Shown: one piece after another, positions 22,731 through 35,798 of the stretch
Layout of the letters: the number at the start of each line of letters is the position of its first letter
How positions within the stretch are numbered: the stretch's first letter is position 1
Source: Stegostoma tigrinum
Taxonomy: Eukaryota
Assembly (NCBI RefSeq): GCF_030684315.1
Contig: NC_081391.1
Location: forward strand, 13,989,342-14,053,341
Reading direction: 5' to 3'
DNA: 64,000 nucleotides
The notes under the pieces: generated by a model
What the model saw: the letters and a program-made list of their open reading frames with translations, nothing else
What the model was told of the DNA's origin: nothing
Database searches by the model: none
Position numbers and translations under genes: made by a program

Positions 22731-25264
22731 TGTGGCCTGGAGTACTGTCTGCTTGTCTGAATGCATTCCCCACTTCACCCTGGGCAATCTGCCTCTCTCC
22801 AGGGAGAAAGGACTTTGAGCAAAGAATGTAATGGCTGTACCAGCCGAATGGAAATGAATAAAATGATCTCTTGATCTCAGTTACTGTGCATCATTTTGAG
22901 ACCACTGATACCGCTTTGGTCAAGCAAGCTTTCTTGCCTCACTTCACCATTGCTTTTCCCCAACCCCCTGTGGACAGACTCCAGGCCTATGGGAGCCAGT
23001 TGGGGTTCAAATGGGGCCTGTGACCGACCCTGACGACAACCATCAACTGGTGGCCCTGCTGACCAGTTCACTTTGTCACTGAAGTCTGCTGCTCCTCCCA
23101 GGGGCCCTTGGGTTTTCTGAACTTTCTTGGTTCAACTGCATAGATTTGTTTTTCCCCCCAGAAGGAATCCAAAATTCCTTCAAGTGGCTTCCTCAGTTTT
23201 TTGCTTTCTTTCCTTCGCCCTGGGCTCAGTCCCTCCCCATAACTGGAAGTCCACCAGCCCTGAGCTGGGGAAATTCAGCCCAAACATTCTGAACAGTCAC
23301 ATTCCAGAGAATCATCTCCAGATTCTCTGGGGCTACTTGATTGATAGTGGATGCTCTTTCTACCATAAATACAAGGATTGGTGACCTGGGGCTTGGATGA
23401 TTGCCCATGGTTCAAAATACTCACATTTGGTTTATGCTTGCAGCTACAACTGGCCTCTGACTGTTGAAGGGTTTGTACAAAAAGCTGCTACCTTGGTTCT
23501 TGGAACCTTTCCATGGGCTGATGAAATTTTTTTTTTGACCCAGTGAGGGAGCAGGGATTTCTGGGGAAGATGGGGGCTGTCTCCTTCAGTCAAGATGCCT
23601 GGACATGCTGACTTTGCCTTACAGCTGTTTCCTTGATCATTCAAGGTGTCTGATCATGGGTTAGGGAGGGTGTGATCAGAGACAGCCCGGAGATTATCTT
23701 GAGTTTTGGCACAAGTGCACACTGTAGCCTTAGGAAGAGTGTGGGTCATTAAGGTACTGAATAGATTTGTTCCATCACAAAAATCCTTGTTGTTTGGCCC
23801 AGTCTCTATCCTTGGTGATAGAATCCCTGCTCTCTGGCAAGAGGCCATTTGACCCAGGTAGCATCAACCTTCTGACCAGAATCCTGCTCAGTCCCACCCC
23901 AGTCCTTTAACCCTGTGTCTTCCCCATGGCTAATCCAGCTTGCCCCTTGTCAATATCACCAACTTAGCATTGCCTATCCACTTGACCAGCAAATAGTTCA
24001 AATGGTGGGTGGGAAACCAAACAGACACTGTAAATGTACAAACTCCCCAGGGTGCCCTAAGGCTGTAATAAATCCCATGTCGCTGTGAGGTAAGTGTTCG
24101 CTACTGAGACACTGTCTCACCCGAAAGTACCGAACAAAGGAATATGCTGTTGCATACTGTCAGAGTCCTACAGCAGAGATACAGGTTGTTTGGCTCAAAC
24201 CGTCCAGGTCGAGCAGTGTTCCAAATCTGAACTAGTTGTGTTTGCCCCATATCCCTCAACCAGTCCTTTCCCTGGAAATCACCAAATGTCTTTTAACAAC
24301 TGCAATTGCACCTACTTCTCGTGCTTTATGTAGCCACTCATTCTTGACATAAACCATTTTCTGTGGGGCAAAGCTGTTCTTCAGCTTCCCTCCCTCTCCA
24401 CCCCCCTCCCCCCCCCCCCCCCCCCCAAACTCCACATGCCTGTGTGTGAAAACATTACCCCTACCACCCCTAGTTTTGGACTCCACGACCCTGTCCCAGC
24501 ATGCTTACTGTATGCAGTCAATCGTGAGTCTGCCAAGGGCAAGGCCACATTTAGTGCTCAGCAAGTGTTACACTTCAGGAGGTGGTGATGAGCTGGTCAT
24601 TACAGTCCACCTGGTGTAGGAGAGACCGGAATGATAATGCTGCCGAGGAAGGGCTTCTGGGATTTTCATTCGCAAACAGGAATATTTTCCCAAGTCAGGA
24701 TGGTGACAGACTTACATGGAGCTGCTTGCATGTTGTTGGTGCTGCCTCCAGCCAGAACATTGAAAACTGTTCCAGCATTACTCACTCCTAACTTCAGTCT
24801 TATTGATGGTGGACCGGCTTTGGAAAGTTAGAAGTTGCGTAATCACAACAGAATTCCCTGCCTCTGACTTCCCAATTTTTGAGTTGTTCACTCTACAGAA
24901 TGCAATGAAAACTGTAACAGATACTGTCACCTTGGAAACATGCTGGCGTTAAGCGCTGATTCAACTTCAACAATGTAAAACCAAACATGGAGACAGAAAT
25001 GTTCAACGTGCGATACATTTCTAGCAGCAGCTGAGACACAGAACCCTGAGGCCTACTGTGTATAAGAGGCACTCAGCACATTTAGCATCTTGCTTTTCAA
25101 ACTGGGCTTCATGCGACCCTAAGTCACGGTGATCACAGCAGATTCAGAATGGATCTACAAAGGACATCGGTTGCCTGTATCAGACGATCCAAAAGCACGT
25201 TATTCTGTTGCTGCACAGAAATAGGAAAATGTTCATATCAACCAAATCAGGGCATTTTACAAGG

Positions 25265-26725
25265 ATGAGGATTGCAAATGTCATTCCCCTGTTCAGAGGA
25301 TAGCAAATGTGGTTTCCCTGTGCAAGAAGGGGAGTAGAGACAACCCTGGTAATTGTAGACCAGTCAGCCTTACCTCAGTTGTTGGGAAAGTGTTGAAAAA
25401 GGTTATAAGGGATAGGATTTATAATTATCTAGAAAAGAATAAATTGGTTAGGGATAGTCAGCACGGTTTTGTGAAGGGAAGGTCGTGCCTCACAAACCTT
25501 ATTGAGTTCTTTCAGAAGGTGAGCAAACAGGTATTTGAGAGTAAACCGGTTGATGTGGTGCATATGGATTTCAGCAAGTCGTTCGATTAGGTTCGCCACA
25601 GTCGGCTATTGTACAAAATGCGGAGGAATGGAATTGTGGGAGATATAGCAGTTTGGATCGGAAATTGGCTTGCTGAAAGAAGACACAGGGTGGTAGTTGA
25701 TGGGAAATGTTCATCCTGGAGACCAGTTATTCGTGGTGTACTGCAAGGGTCGGTGTTGGGTCCACTGCTGTTTGTCATTTTTATAAATGACCTGGATGAG
25801 TTTGTAGAAGGATGGGTTAGTAAATTTGCAGACGACACTAAGGTCAGTGGAGTTGTGGATAGTGACGAAGGTAGCTGTAGGTCGCAGAGAGACATAGATA
25901 AGCTGCAGAGCTGGGCTGAGAAGTGGCAAATGGAGTTTAATGCAGACAGGTGTGAGGTGATGCACTTTTGTAGGAGTAACTGGAAGGCAAAGTACAGGGC
26001 TAATGGTAAGATTCTTGGTGGTGTAGATGAGCAGAGAGATCTCGGTGTCCATGTACACAGATCCTTGAAAGTTGCCACCCAGGTTGACAGGGTGGTTGAG
26101 AAGGCATACAATGTTTTGGCTTTTATTAATAGAGGGATTGAGTTCCAGAACCAAGAGGTTATGGCGAAGCTGTACAAAACTCTGGTTAGGCCGCACTTGG
26201 AGTATTGTGTACAGTTCTGGTCACCCCATTATAAGAAGAATGTAGAAGCTTTGGAAAGGGTGCAGAGGAGATTTACTAGGATGTTGCCTGGTATGGAGGG
26301 AAGGTCTTAAGAGGAAATGCTGAGGGACTTGAGGCTGTTTTCATTCGAGAGAAGAAGGCTGAGAGGCGACTTAATTGAAACATATGAAATAATTCGAGGG
26401 TTGGATAAGGAGAGCCTTTTTCCTAGGATGGTGACAGCGAGCACGAGGGGGCATTGCTTTAAATTGAGGTGTGAACGATATAGGACAGATTTCAGAGGTA
26501 GTTTCTCTACTCAGAGTAGTGAGGGAATGGAACGCTTTGCCTGCAACGGTCGTAGATTCGCCAACTTTAGGTACATTTGAGTCGTCATTGGACGAGCATC
26601 TGGACGTACATGGAATAGTGTAGGTTAGATGGGCTTCATATCGGTATGACTGGTCGGCACAACATCGAGGGCCGAAGGGCCTGTACTGTGCTGTAATGTT
26701 CTATGTTTTATGTTCTATATTCTAT
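25265..26725 (+). mobile_element. 5'-truncated CR1-type LINE (reverse transcriptase ORF2 with stops) upstream of copy E
   Basis: ORFs 25309-25590 and 25609-26310 contain [39 protein letters not shown] and RPHLEYCVQFWSP; (gttctat)n tail. Confidence 0.93.
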
Positions 26726-26909
26726 GGCTCCAACACCAATGTTCAAAAGTTATGACGACTAATCCCTCAGATTAACAATCCGACGAAATTGTGCAAATCT
26801 GTGATGACTGAGTCTTAACGCACAACCTCAGATACACAAGTGAAGGTTTAGAGTATATTTTATTGTCATTTTCTGGCAAATACATTTACAGAATGTGCAC
26901 TTGTACAGG

Positions 26910-27096
26910 AGGTCAAAGCTCATTCAGCAATTCCATCATCGACCAGTTGTCAACTGTGTTTCGTTTCTGGATCCAGTTCCCATCCTGCACTGATTGGACG
27001 TGGCAGCTGATCAACTGATCATCAAGAGTGATTGGCCATCACTGATGATGTCATTTCCTGCTCCATAAAAAGAGGGTCTGCCCCTGGGGTATAAAT
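26910..27096 (+). promoter_or_regulatory. Proximal promoter of copy E
   Basis: DR1 variant AGGTCAAAGCTCA 26910-26922, two gattgg boxes, cagctg, TATAAAT 27090-27096. Confidence 0.72.
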
Positions 27097-27182
27097 AGAG
27101 TCCCACGGGAATGATGTTGATTGTTCTTCCTAATTTTGTTATTTTGGTGGTGAGGAAAATAAAAGAAATTTATTGTCACAAG

Positions 27183-30100
27183 ATGGCCTCCCAGATCAGT
27201 CAGAAATATCACCAGGATTGTGAAGCTGCTGTCAACAAGCAGATTAATGTGGAGCTCACTGCCTCCTATCTCTATCAGTCTTTGGTGAGTGCTGTCTCTC
27301 GGGGTTAAACATATAAATCTGTTCTGTTGAAGTAAATTCTTTGCCTGGCCTCTAGTGAAGCTGACAATCTAGTAGATTGAGGTTTTGTGGCTCCTACCTA
27401 AATATCAGTTCAGGATAGAGGTGGTGTTACTATCACGATGGTGTAGGATACTGATGTATGTTAACTCAGGTCCCAGTTGGCCTTCAGTGGTATCTGGAGG
27501 GTAAAAGCCTCTTGCTTTTGTTTTCTTTCTGACACAAGTTTCCTGACTTCATTTGCCTGATCTCTGTGGTGGTCCTAAACAAACATGCTGATTTTTTTTA
27601 ACACTGACAATAACAATAACTTCCCTGTTGCAGTGGCCCTTGTTAGTCTGAACAAACCTGAGGCTAGTCTGTGACTGGTATCTATTTTATGTAGATCTCC
27701 TTCATTGAGGCTGACTTGGCTTTACTTGTATTTATTCAAGAGGTGGGTGTGGCCTATCCCGTCCCTACTGAGAGTTGATCTGCCGTGTGTGAGAAATGTT
27801 GGATCCCCTCTCTGCCCCCTCTCCTCCCCACCCCACCCCACACTGGGGCTGCGGGAATGTGGTGAGGCTATTAGCCCAGTGACATTGAAGAAATGGAGGT
27901 TGTTCCCATATCATTTAGCTTGACCTAAAACAAAATGTCCCCTCTATCCTGGTGGTGATGTGACTGTGCCCTTCCAAGGAGTAGAATGTGCTTGGAAGGT
28001 ATGTGTTGAAGTAACCTTGGTGAGTGCTGCAGGGGACCTGGTAGGTAATGGACCCTGAAAGGAGGTGGTGAATGCAGTCCCCATGAAGTGGGCTGCCCTG
28101 TCCTGGATGGTGTCTGCTTCTTGCATGTTGTAGCTCCCCTTCTACAGACACATGGGGAATATTTATCTCCCTCTGGGCTTGTGCCTATTGGAAGGAAGTT
28201 GTCTTGTAATGAGGACTAAGTCCCTATAAGCCTCACTTGGGAGGTGGGACCGCTTTATTGGTGAGCCAGTTGTTGGGGTTTAATCACTGTGTCCCACCTC
28301 AACTGGCACATGCTTCCCAAGGATAAAATCCCGACTATCTTCTGCCACAACTTGTAACTACCCACTGAAACCACAGATATTTGCTTGCCTGAGTGTGGTT
28401 TTTGGATTTGAGGATTAAAGTAACTTTACAGGAGTCCTTCCCCAGAATGTAATTCTTAGCTGATGCTTCCAATAGCGAGCATTAGCTCTTAAACCCTTAC
28501 ATCGAATTGTGAACGTGACAGTTTAGATATGAGTCACATGGGCTGAAAACCTACAGGATTTTTTGCCTGTTTGGGTAAAGTCAGGGCAAGTGTTTTTCCA
28601 GGTTACTGTTTTCACTAGTGACGTTATCTACAGGCCACTAATAGTTGACATTTGATCATTTGTTTTGCAATTTGTTTCAGTCATGTGACTTGGTGCAAGC
28701 TTTTGACAGCCTGAGTTTGCACTATTTAGGCAGAGCAATAACCCACTGCTGCAACGATCCAAAGGCTGTTACTGGGCAGGCTTTCCTCGGCATTATCTTA
28801 GTGCCAAACTCCAAACTGGAGACAGCACACCTTTGTAGAGTTCATGTGTACACTTACATCCCAATCTCGTTGATCCTGGGTTTGCAGAAAACATGCTCCC
28901 TACTAGTCGTTGACTACAGCAGGGTTTCAACATCTTTTTTTCCAGTTTTCCCCAAAGGCAAAACATAGTACCTTGCGTCTTGTAGTTGAGAACTGGAATG
29001 GGGAGTGAGCCAGTGTTGTCTGATGTAATTTTAACTTGATCTTCCAGATGTCCTACTTTGACCGGGACGATGTTGCCCTCGCCCATTTCTCCCGGTTCTT
29101 CAAAGATCAGTCCCAGGAGAAGCGGGAACATGTAGAAAAGCTGCTGAAATTCCAGAATCAGCGTGGAGGCCGAGTCCTCCTCCAGGATGTGAAGGTTGGG
29201 GTTGGGTTTTGGGGGAGTGCAGGGGGGAATGGCTGCTCTTGCGGTGTCATCTCCAGTGACAAGATTTTCAGATCCTGAGCGAGTGTGAGAAGTTCTTTTG
29301 CTTGGCTTCCCTGTTTGCTCTCCTCCATCTCCAGTGTTTCAGCATTTATGCAAGCCCTCTGGTCCACCAGGCCTATGCTGACCCAGCAAAGACCGAACTG
29401 TACTCACCCTGTTCTTGGTCCAGGCCCTACTATACCCTAGTGTTAGCACTCGCCCAGCTAGTCCTTTAAACAGTGCTGCAGTAGCCGTTTCCAGCACTTT
29501 GTTCTTCCGTTCCCCAACACACCCACCAAATTTCCTCCAATCCCCTCTATCCTGCTTCCTCAAACCTGTGCCCTCTGGTCTGAGTGTCTGCCATGGGGAA
29601 GACATTTTCCCCATCTACTGTCCAGACTTCCTTGTCTTCCATCAAACAACCACCTCAGCCTCACCTGCTCAAAGGAAACCCCCCAGCCCATCCAATCTCT
29701 CTCCTCAATGGATTTTCTGTCTTGGGGAAATAACCTGGGGACCCTCACCAGCACCCCCTGCAGTACCATCCTGTCCTTCTGACTAGTGAGGCCAACGATA
29801 GAATGCAGCAGAGGCCAGAAGAACAATTTTCATAAAATGTGTTCAAAGGACTTGTCCCTGTGCTGTTCCTCACAACCCTGCCCCAAACTAACACATGTTA
29901 CTTGGCCTATGTCCCCTTTCACACACAGTTTGCCTTGTGTGAGCATTGAGGGATCGATGATCCTGTGTTTATTGTAAGCACATTACTGCCCCCCACAATG
30001 AATTCCAGTAATGATGGTTCTGACCATGCTGCTCGGGCATGTATGAGGCCACAAGCACAAGTGAGACTTGAACCTCAGCCTTGTCAACCGAAGCTTGGGA

Positions 30101-31346
30101 CACGACCGCTACTTCCCCCACAGCCCTTGGGATTCACTCCTGAATATCCTTTTTAAGACTCCAGCAGATGGACACTAGTGCAAATGACTAATCTGGTACA
30201 TATTTATTCCCTGTGGTACAAGGATATGTTCCTGAGCTTCCGGCTTCAGGTCAAGGATAAATGGGGCAAGGTGAAAGGAGTCACCAAGTAGCTAATGTTT
30301 TCTTTATCTGGACTTCAGGGATGGCACACTGGCTCAGTGGTTGGCACTGTTGACTCAGTGCCAGGGGCACCAGTTTGGTTCTGGCCTGTGACAAGAATTT
30401 AAACGTTATCCCAAAGCATGGCTTCCCCACACAGTAGAAAAGAGGATTGGCAACTTGAAATGCAGGTTACACGAACAGGGTGGGAATGGGACCAGATGGG
30501 ATGCTCTTCAGCAGTTATGGTCTCAATGGGGTGAATGGCCAGCTCCCATGCTGCAGGGATTCTGTTTCTGAAGCTTACCTGTCCTTCTCTCCATCCCCAG
30601 AAGCCAGAGAGGGATGAGTGGGGTAACAGTCTGCAGGCAATGCAGGTTGCCCTGAATCTGGAGAAGAATGTGAACCAGAGTTTGCTGGATCTACACCAAC
30701 TCGCCACAGCCCAGACTGACCCTCATGTAAGCTTCACCTCCTCATTCACATCACTGCTAGACCCTCAGGGTAACATTTCATTGGTTGGTCTGTGTGGATT
30801 GGAAATTCACTGATGTAACACTTTCCATCCATTACTTTCCTGAACTATTGTAACATTGTAATCAGTATGATCCCAAGTGATCAATGAGGTATAAGGGGAA
30901 TTTGATCTATAATCTAGTGGAAGTGCTGAAATGACGTTGGCCACTGAGTTCTTCATTAGTATCATTGCAGTGGAATGATCATTGTCCATCACAATCCAAC
31001 TCAGCTCCATTTCACAAACAGCAAGATGCAGCAGCTGACATGTTGTCCTCACTGGCACAAATTCTCCAGGTGTTAGCTCGCTTTTCAGGGCTGTCCAGAG
31101 CTAGTCATGGCTAAGTCTGTCTTGCAGAGGGAATTCTGAAATTGTCTTGGATAGTATAAATGTACCAAGTGTCATATTCCTCTGTTGCAGCTGTGTGACT
31201 TCCTGGAGACTCACTATTTGGATGAGGAGGTGGAGATCATCAAGCAACTTGGGGACTACATCACCAACCTGAAGCGCCTGGGAGCCCCTGAGAATGGGAT
31301 GGGAGAGTACCTGTTTGACAGGCTCTCCCTGGAGGACAGCAGTTAG
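27183..31346 (+). CDS. Ferritin copy E, 176 aa (exons 27183-27284, 29048-29194, 30601-30726, 31191-31346)
   Basis: Intact spliced frame, GT-AG introns; TATA 27090-27096; polyA site is AATGAA (31474-31479) with ATTAAA at 31522-31527. Confidence 0.92.
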
Positions 31347-33545
31347 TGTGGCCTGGAGTACTGTCTGCTTGGTCTGAATGCATTCCCCACTTCACCCTGG
31401 GCAATCTGGCTCCATCCAGGGAGAAGGGACTTGTAGCAAACAATGTAATGGCTGTACCAGCTGAATGGGAATGAATGAAATGTATTGATGTTGCTTATTG
31501 TCCATCATTGAGACCCTTGATATTAAAGAGCTTTTGAGAGCTTCAAGCCTGTAATTTTGGCTAATGAAATTATCAATAATTTGACAAAATATTTCCCTGG
31601 TCTTCTCTCCAACACACCCCCGCCTCAGTCTCGGAAATCCCGAGGAACTTCCTCTGTTATGAATCAAAGTTATTCCTCCAGCCAGAGCATGAGGTTGGGG
31701 CCTGTGGGGTGTAAAATCACTTTGTACTATTATCTCACACCCAGGAATGATGAATACACGTGCAGCTAAAATTTTGTATTGTTTTCAAAAGAGAAAACAC
31801 GCCTGCATGTGCAAAAGAAAGACTTGACACCCACTTTCAGAGAAACAGGGCTGTTGGATGCTTATTTTCATGTCTAGCTTGCATAGCAATAGCTTCCCTG
31901 TCAACCTCCACCAACCTAGACTGATGCTGAAGTCAACTGAAATCACAAGTTGATGCCAACATAAATTATGTGCTGGCTGGCTCAGCTTTCCTCAACAAGA
32001 GCTTAAGGGAAGAGATCCATCAGCGACCCCCTCTCTAGCCTTGTGGAGGAGCCAGCAATGCTGGGAGCAATAATATTAAACTTAGCAACTGGGATCTGCC
32101 ACACCTGGTCTATTCTACTCCAATCATTTTTATTACTTTGTGCTGAGAGTGCATCCTAGAACTTGAGGTTGGGGCCTGTGGGCAGGAAAATCACTTTTTG
32201 CTATTATCTCACAGCACGTACAATGAATACACATGCAGTTAAGATTCTCGGTGAGCCAGTTGAGGTTCAAGCCAAGACCAGCCGTGTGCCCTGCTGACCA
32301 CCGCCACCAACTGCCTGCCTCAGGACAGCCATCAGCAGTTGCTCACAGTGACCAGTTCATTTGTTCCTTCGCCTGAGGAACATGCGCTGCTCTCCCCGGG
32401 GATGTGGATTAAATACCCATTGTAGCTCGACAAGAGAATTCACACGGGGGGAACCGTTTGCCATGAGTAATCCAAAGCTGTCCTAATGTGGCTTTGCTCC
32501 ATTTACTTTCTTGCTCTCTGCCAAGTCTTGGTCAAAAACCCCACCACGCCTAGTAATAAACTTCAGGCCGGCCAGCCCAGAGCTGGGAATATTCAGCCCA
32601 AGTCTGCTTGAAAAAATTCACCTGAGCTGGATGCACTTAATGGCACCTACAGCAGGATAATAGTGACCTGGGAATAACACAGCAACGCTCCTGGTTAAAT
32701 GCTGCCATTTGATTGGCTCTTGCTGCTAAAGCCAGCATTGAGCCCACTAAGCTGCTCCCTTGGTTCCTCTGAGCTTCCCCCACGGGGAGGGTTACTCCTG
32801 ATGCAGGTTGATTTCACCCGATCACATTGAAGGAGCAGTGTGACTCAGGGAGGAGAACTGGAGATGCTGACTTTCCTGAATGGCTGCTTCCTTTATCTTT
32901 CGAGGTGTCAGAGATCGTGGTTTAGGGTGGGGGCTGTCAGAGACATCCTGGGGAATGTTTCAGGGAGTTTTGTAGCGAGTGCACACTGCAGCCTTCACTG
33001 AGGTGTGGGTCTTTAAGGCACTGAATGTATTTGTTCCACCACATAAAGTGTTTTATTTTAAACAATCTTGAGTCTTGGCTGTAGAATCCCTGTCGTGCAG
33101 GAAGAGGTTTTTCAGCTCATTTCGTCTGCACTGATCCTCTGAACAGCATCTTGTTCAGACACACCCTGCCTTCTTACGCCATCTTTCCCATGGCCAGTCC
33201 AAAATAAACTGCATTTCTTTGGACTGTGGGAGGAGGTCCACACAGGCACGGGGAGGATGTGCAGCCTCGACACGTGACTGGAATTGACCCCAGGTCCCTG
33301 GCACGAGGGTTCAGTAATGCTAACCATTAAAATACCCTGTTTGCATACAATTAGAGTTAATGACTCATTCCATATGCAAACAGACCCTTCGGCTACTCCA
33401 GCATTATTCCTAACTTCAGTCTTATCGATGGTGGACAGACTCTGAAAAGTCTGATGTAGAGTTATTCGCAACAGAATTCCCAGACTCTGACTTGGTCTCA
33501 AAGCCATGAGCTCATTAATTAGGATTGACCTTTGCCCATGGTTTC

Positions 33546-34755
33546 TTAGAAAATAGAACCTAGAACAGTACAGCACAGTTCAGGCCCTTCAGCCCACGAT
33601 GATGTGCCGAACGTTTATCCTAAACCCAAGGCCTGTCTCACCTCCACTACTTTATGCTATCATCCATATGCTTATCTAATAGCCGCTTAAATGCCCCTAA
33701 CGAGGCCGACTCCACTACACTCTCCGGAAATGCAATCCATGCCCCGGCCACTCTCTGAGTAAAGAACCTACCTCTGACGTCTCCTCTGTATCTACCTCCA
33801 CTCACTTCAAAACTATGCCCCCTCATAATAGCTAACTCCATCCTAGGAAAAAGTCTCTGGCTGTCTAATCTGCCTATACTTATGATCATTTGGTACACCT
33901 CTATCAAGTCACCTCTCATCCTTTGTTCTGAAGAGAAAAGCCCTCGTTCTCTCAACCTTTCCTCGTAAGACCTTCCCTCCATTCCAAGCAACATCCTGGT
34001 AAATCTCCTCTGCACCTTTTCTAACGCTTCCACATCTTTGCTGGAATGAGGTGACCAGAACTGGACACAATACTCCAGATGTGGCCGAACCAGGCTTTTG
34101 TCTAGCAGGAGCATAACTTCACAGCTCTTGAACTCAATCCCTCTATGAATGAAAGCTAACACACCACACGCCTTCTTAACAACTCTATCCACCTGGCTGG
34201 CAGCTTTCAGGGAACTGTGGACATGAACCCCGAGATCCTTCTGCTCCTCCACACTGCCAAGAATCTTTCCATTAACCCTGTATTCTGCTTTCAAATTTGT
34301 CCTTCCAAAATGAATCATTTACCAAAATCATAAATAGAAGAGGACCCCGAACAGACCCTTGAGGTACACCACTCATAACTGAGCACCATGTTGAATATTT
34401 TCAGTCAACTGTCACCCATGTCTTCCATGGGTCAGCCAATTCTGAATCCAATCTGCCTCATTTCCCCCGTCGCATGCCTCCTGACTTTCTGCCCGAGCCT
34501 GCCATGGGCAACCTGATCAAACGCCTTACTTCAATCCATGTATCCCACATTCACTGATCTACCTTCATTCACATGTTTGGTCATCACTTCAAAGAATTCA
34601 ATCAGATTTGTGAGGCATGATGTGATCATTAATTCTGTTTCTTAGAGTCCTTCCCATTAATTTGCCAACCACTGGCATAAGACTAGCTGGCCTGTAATTT
34701 CCAGGGTTACCCCGATTCCCTTTTTTGAACACATGAATAATATTCACATTTGTCC
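33546..34755 (-). mobile_element. CR1-type LINE fragment upstream of copy F
   Basis: ORF 33647-34318(-) contains LVRPHLEYCVQFWSP and RGRFFTQRV; internal deletions relative to the copy at 59.9-61.3 kb. Confidence 0.9.
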
Positions 34756-35513
34756 TTCAAAGCAAAAAGATAGCACTAGACTGCAACCTGCTATTTGAAG
34801 CAGATATTGAGTAAAAGTAACTTGCTTCCACCAGTCTGTACATCAGTGCTGTGATCATACTCGAACGTTCATTGGGGATCCTCAATTCCCAAAGCCTCAC
34901 AGGCCACCAGTGCATGGGAGGCTGCTCCATTCAACGCAGTTGCTGAGCCATACATTCTACAGAATGTAATGTAAACAGGACCAGAAACTCTCCACTTGGA
35001 AACATGCTGGAGTTAAGCTCTCGATCTACTTCAAACAATTAAAAATCAAACTTTGCGATAGAAAGTTTGCATGTGCTATACATTTCCAGCAGCAATGTAG
35101 ACAGGGAGGTGTGAGGTCTACTATGCAGGAGAGGCACTCAGCACATTTAGCACCTTGCTTTTCAAACTGCACTTCATGAACCCAACGTCAAGGAGATCAC
35201 AGCAGATTCAGAATGGATCCACAAAGGAATGAGCTTCCTGTATGAGATAACCCAAAAGCACATTGTTTCTGTCGCTGCACAGCAATAAGAAAATGTTTAT
35301 TGTTAACAAAATCTGGCCATTTTTCAATGTGCTCCAACGCTGTTATTCAACAAGTACAAAGACTAATCCCTCAGAGTAACAAACTGACAGAATTCTGCCA
35401 ATCTGTGATGAGTGTGTCTTAAGATATAATCTCAGACACAATTGTGAACTTCTAGAGTATATTTCATTGTCATTTTCTCATAGAAATACTTCCAGAATTT
35501 GCACTTGTGCAGG

Positions 35514-35700
35514 AGGTCAAAGGTCATTCAGCAATTCCATCATCGACCAGTTGTCAATTCTGATCGTTTTCTGGATCCAATTCCCATCCTGCACTGATTG
35601 GACGTGGCAGCTGATCAATTGATTAACAAGAGTGATTGGCCATCACTGATGATGTCATTTCCTGCTTCATAAAATGAGAGTCTGCTCCTGGAGTATAAGT
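35514..35700 (+). promoter_or_regulatory. Proximal promoter of pseudogene F
   Basis: Perfect DR1 35514-35526, two gattgg boxes, cagctg, TATAAGT from 35694. Confidence 0.68.
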
Positions 35701-35798
35701 AATGCCCCAAGGACGTTATGTTTTTTTGTCTAGTTGATGTTGGTTCTAAATTGGTCACTTATGTCGTGAATAGAGTAAAACAAACTCCTCATCACAAG

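Larger units (their letters stand above)
15290..35700 (+). repeat. First unit of a ~26 kb-offset segmental duplication (D, E, promoter of F); second unit at about 41620-62240 (G, H, promoter of I)
   Basis: Collinear high-identity introns, spacers and three shared LINE insertions; for example, spurious ORF 21372-21644 is identical in translation to 47707-47979. Confidence 0.85.

Noticed and set aside
25587-26177. Long minus-strand ORFs (also 51234-51701)
   Set aside because: Antisense shadows of CR1 ORF2.
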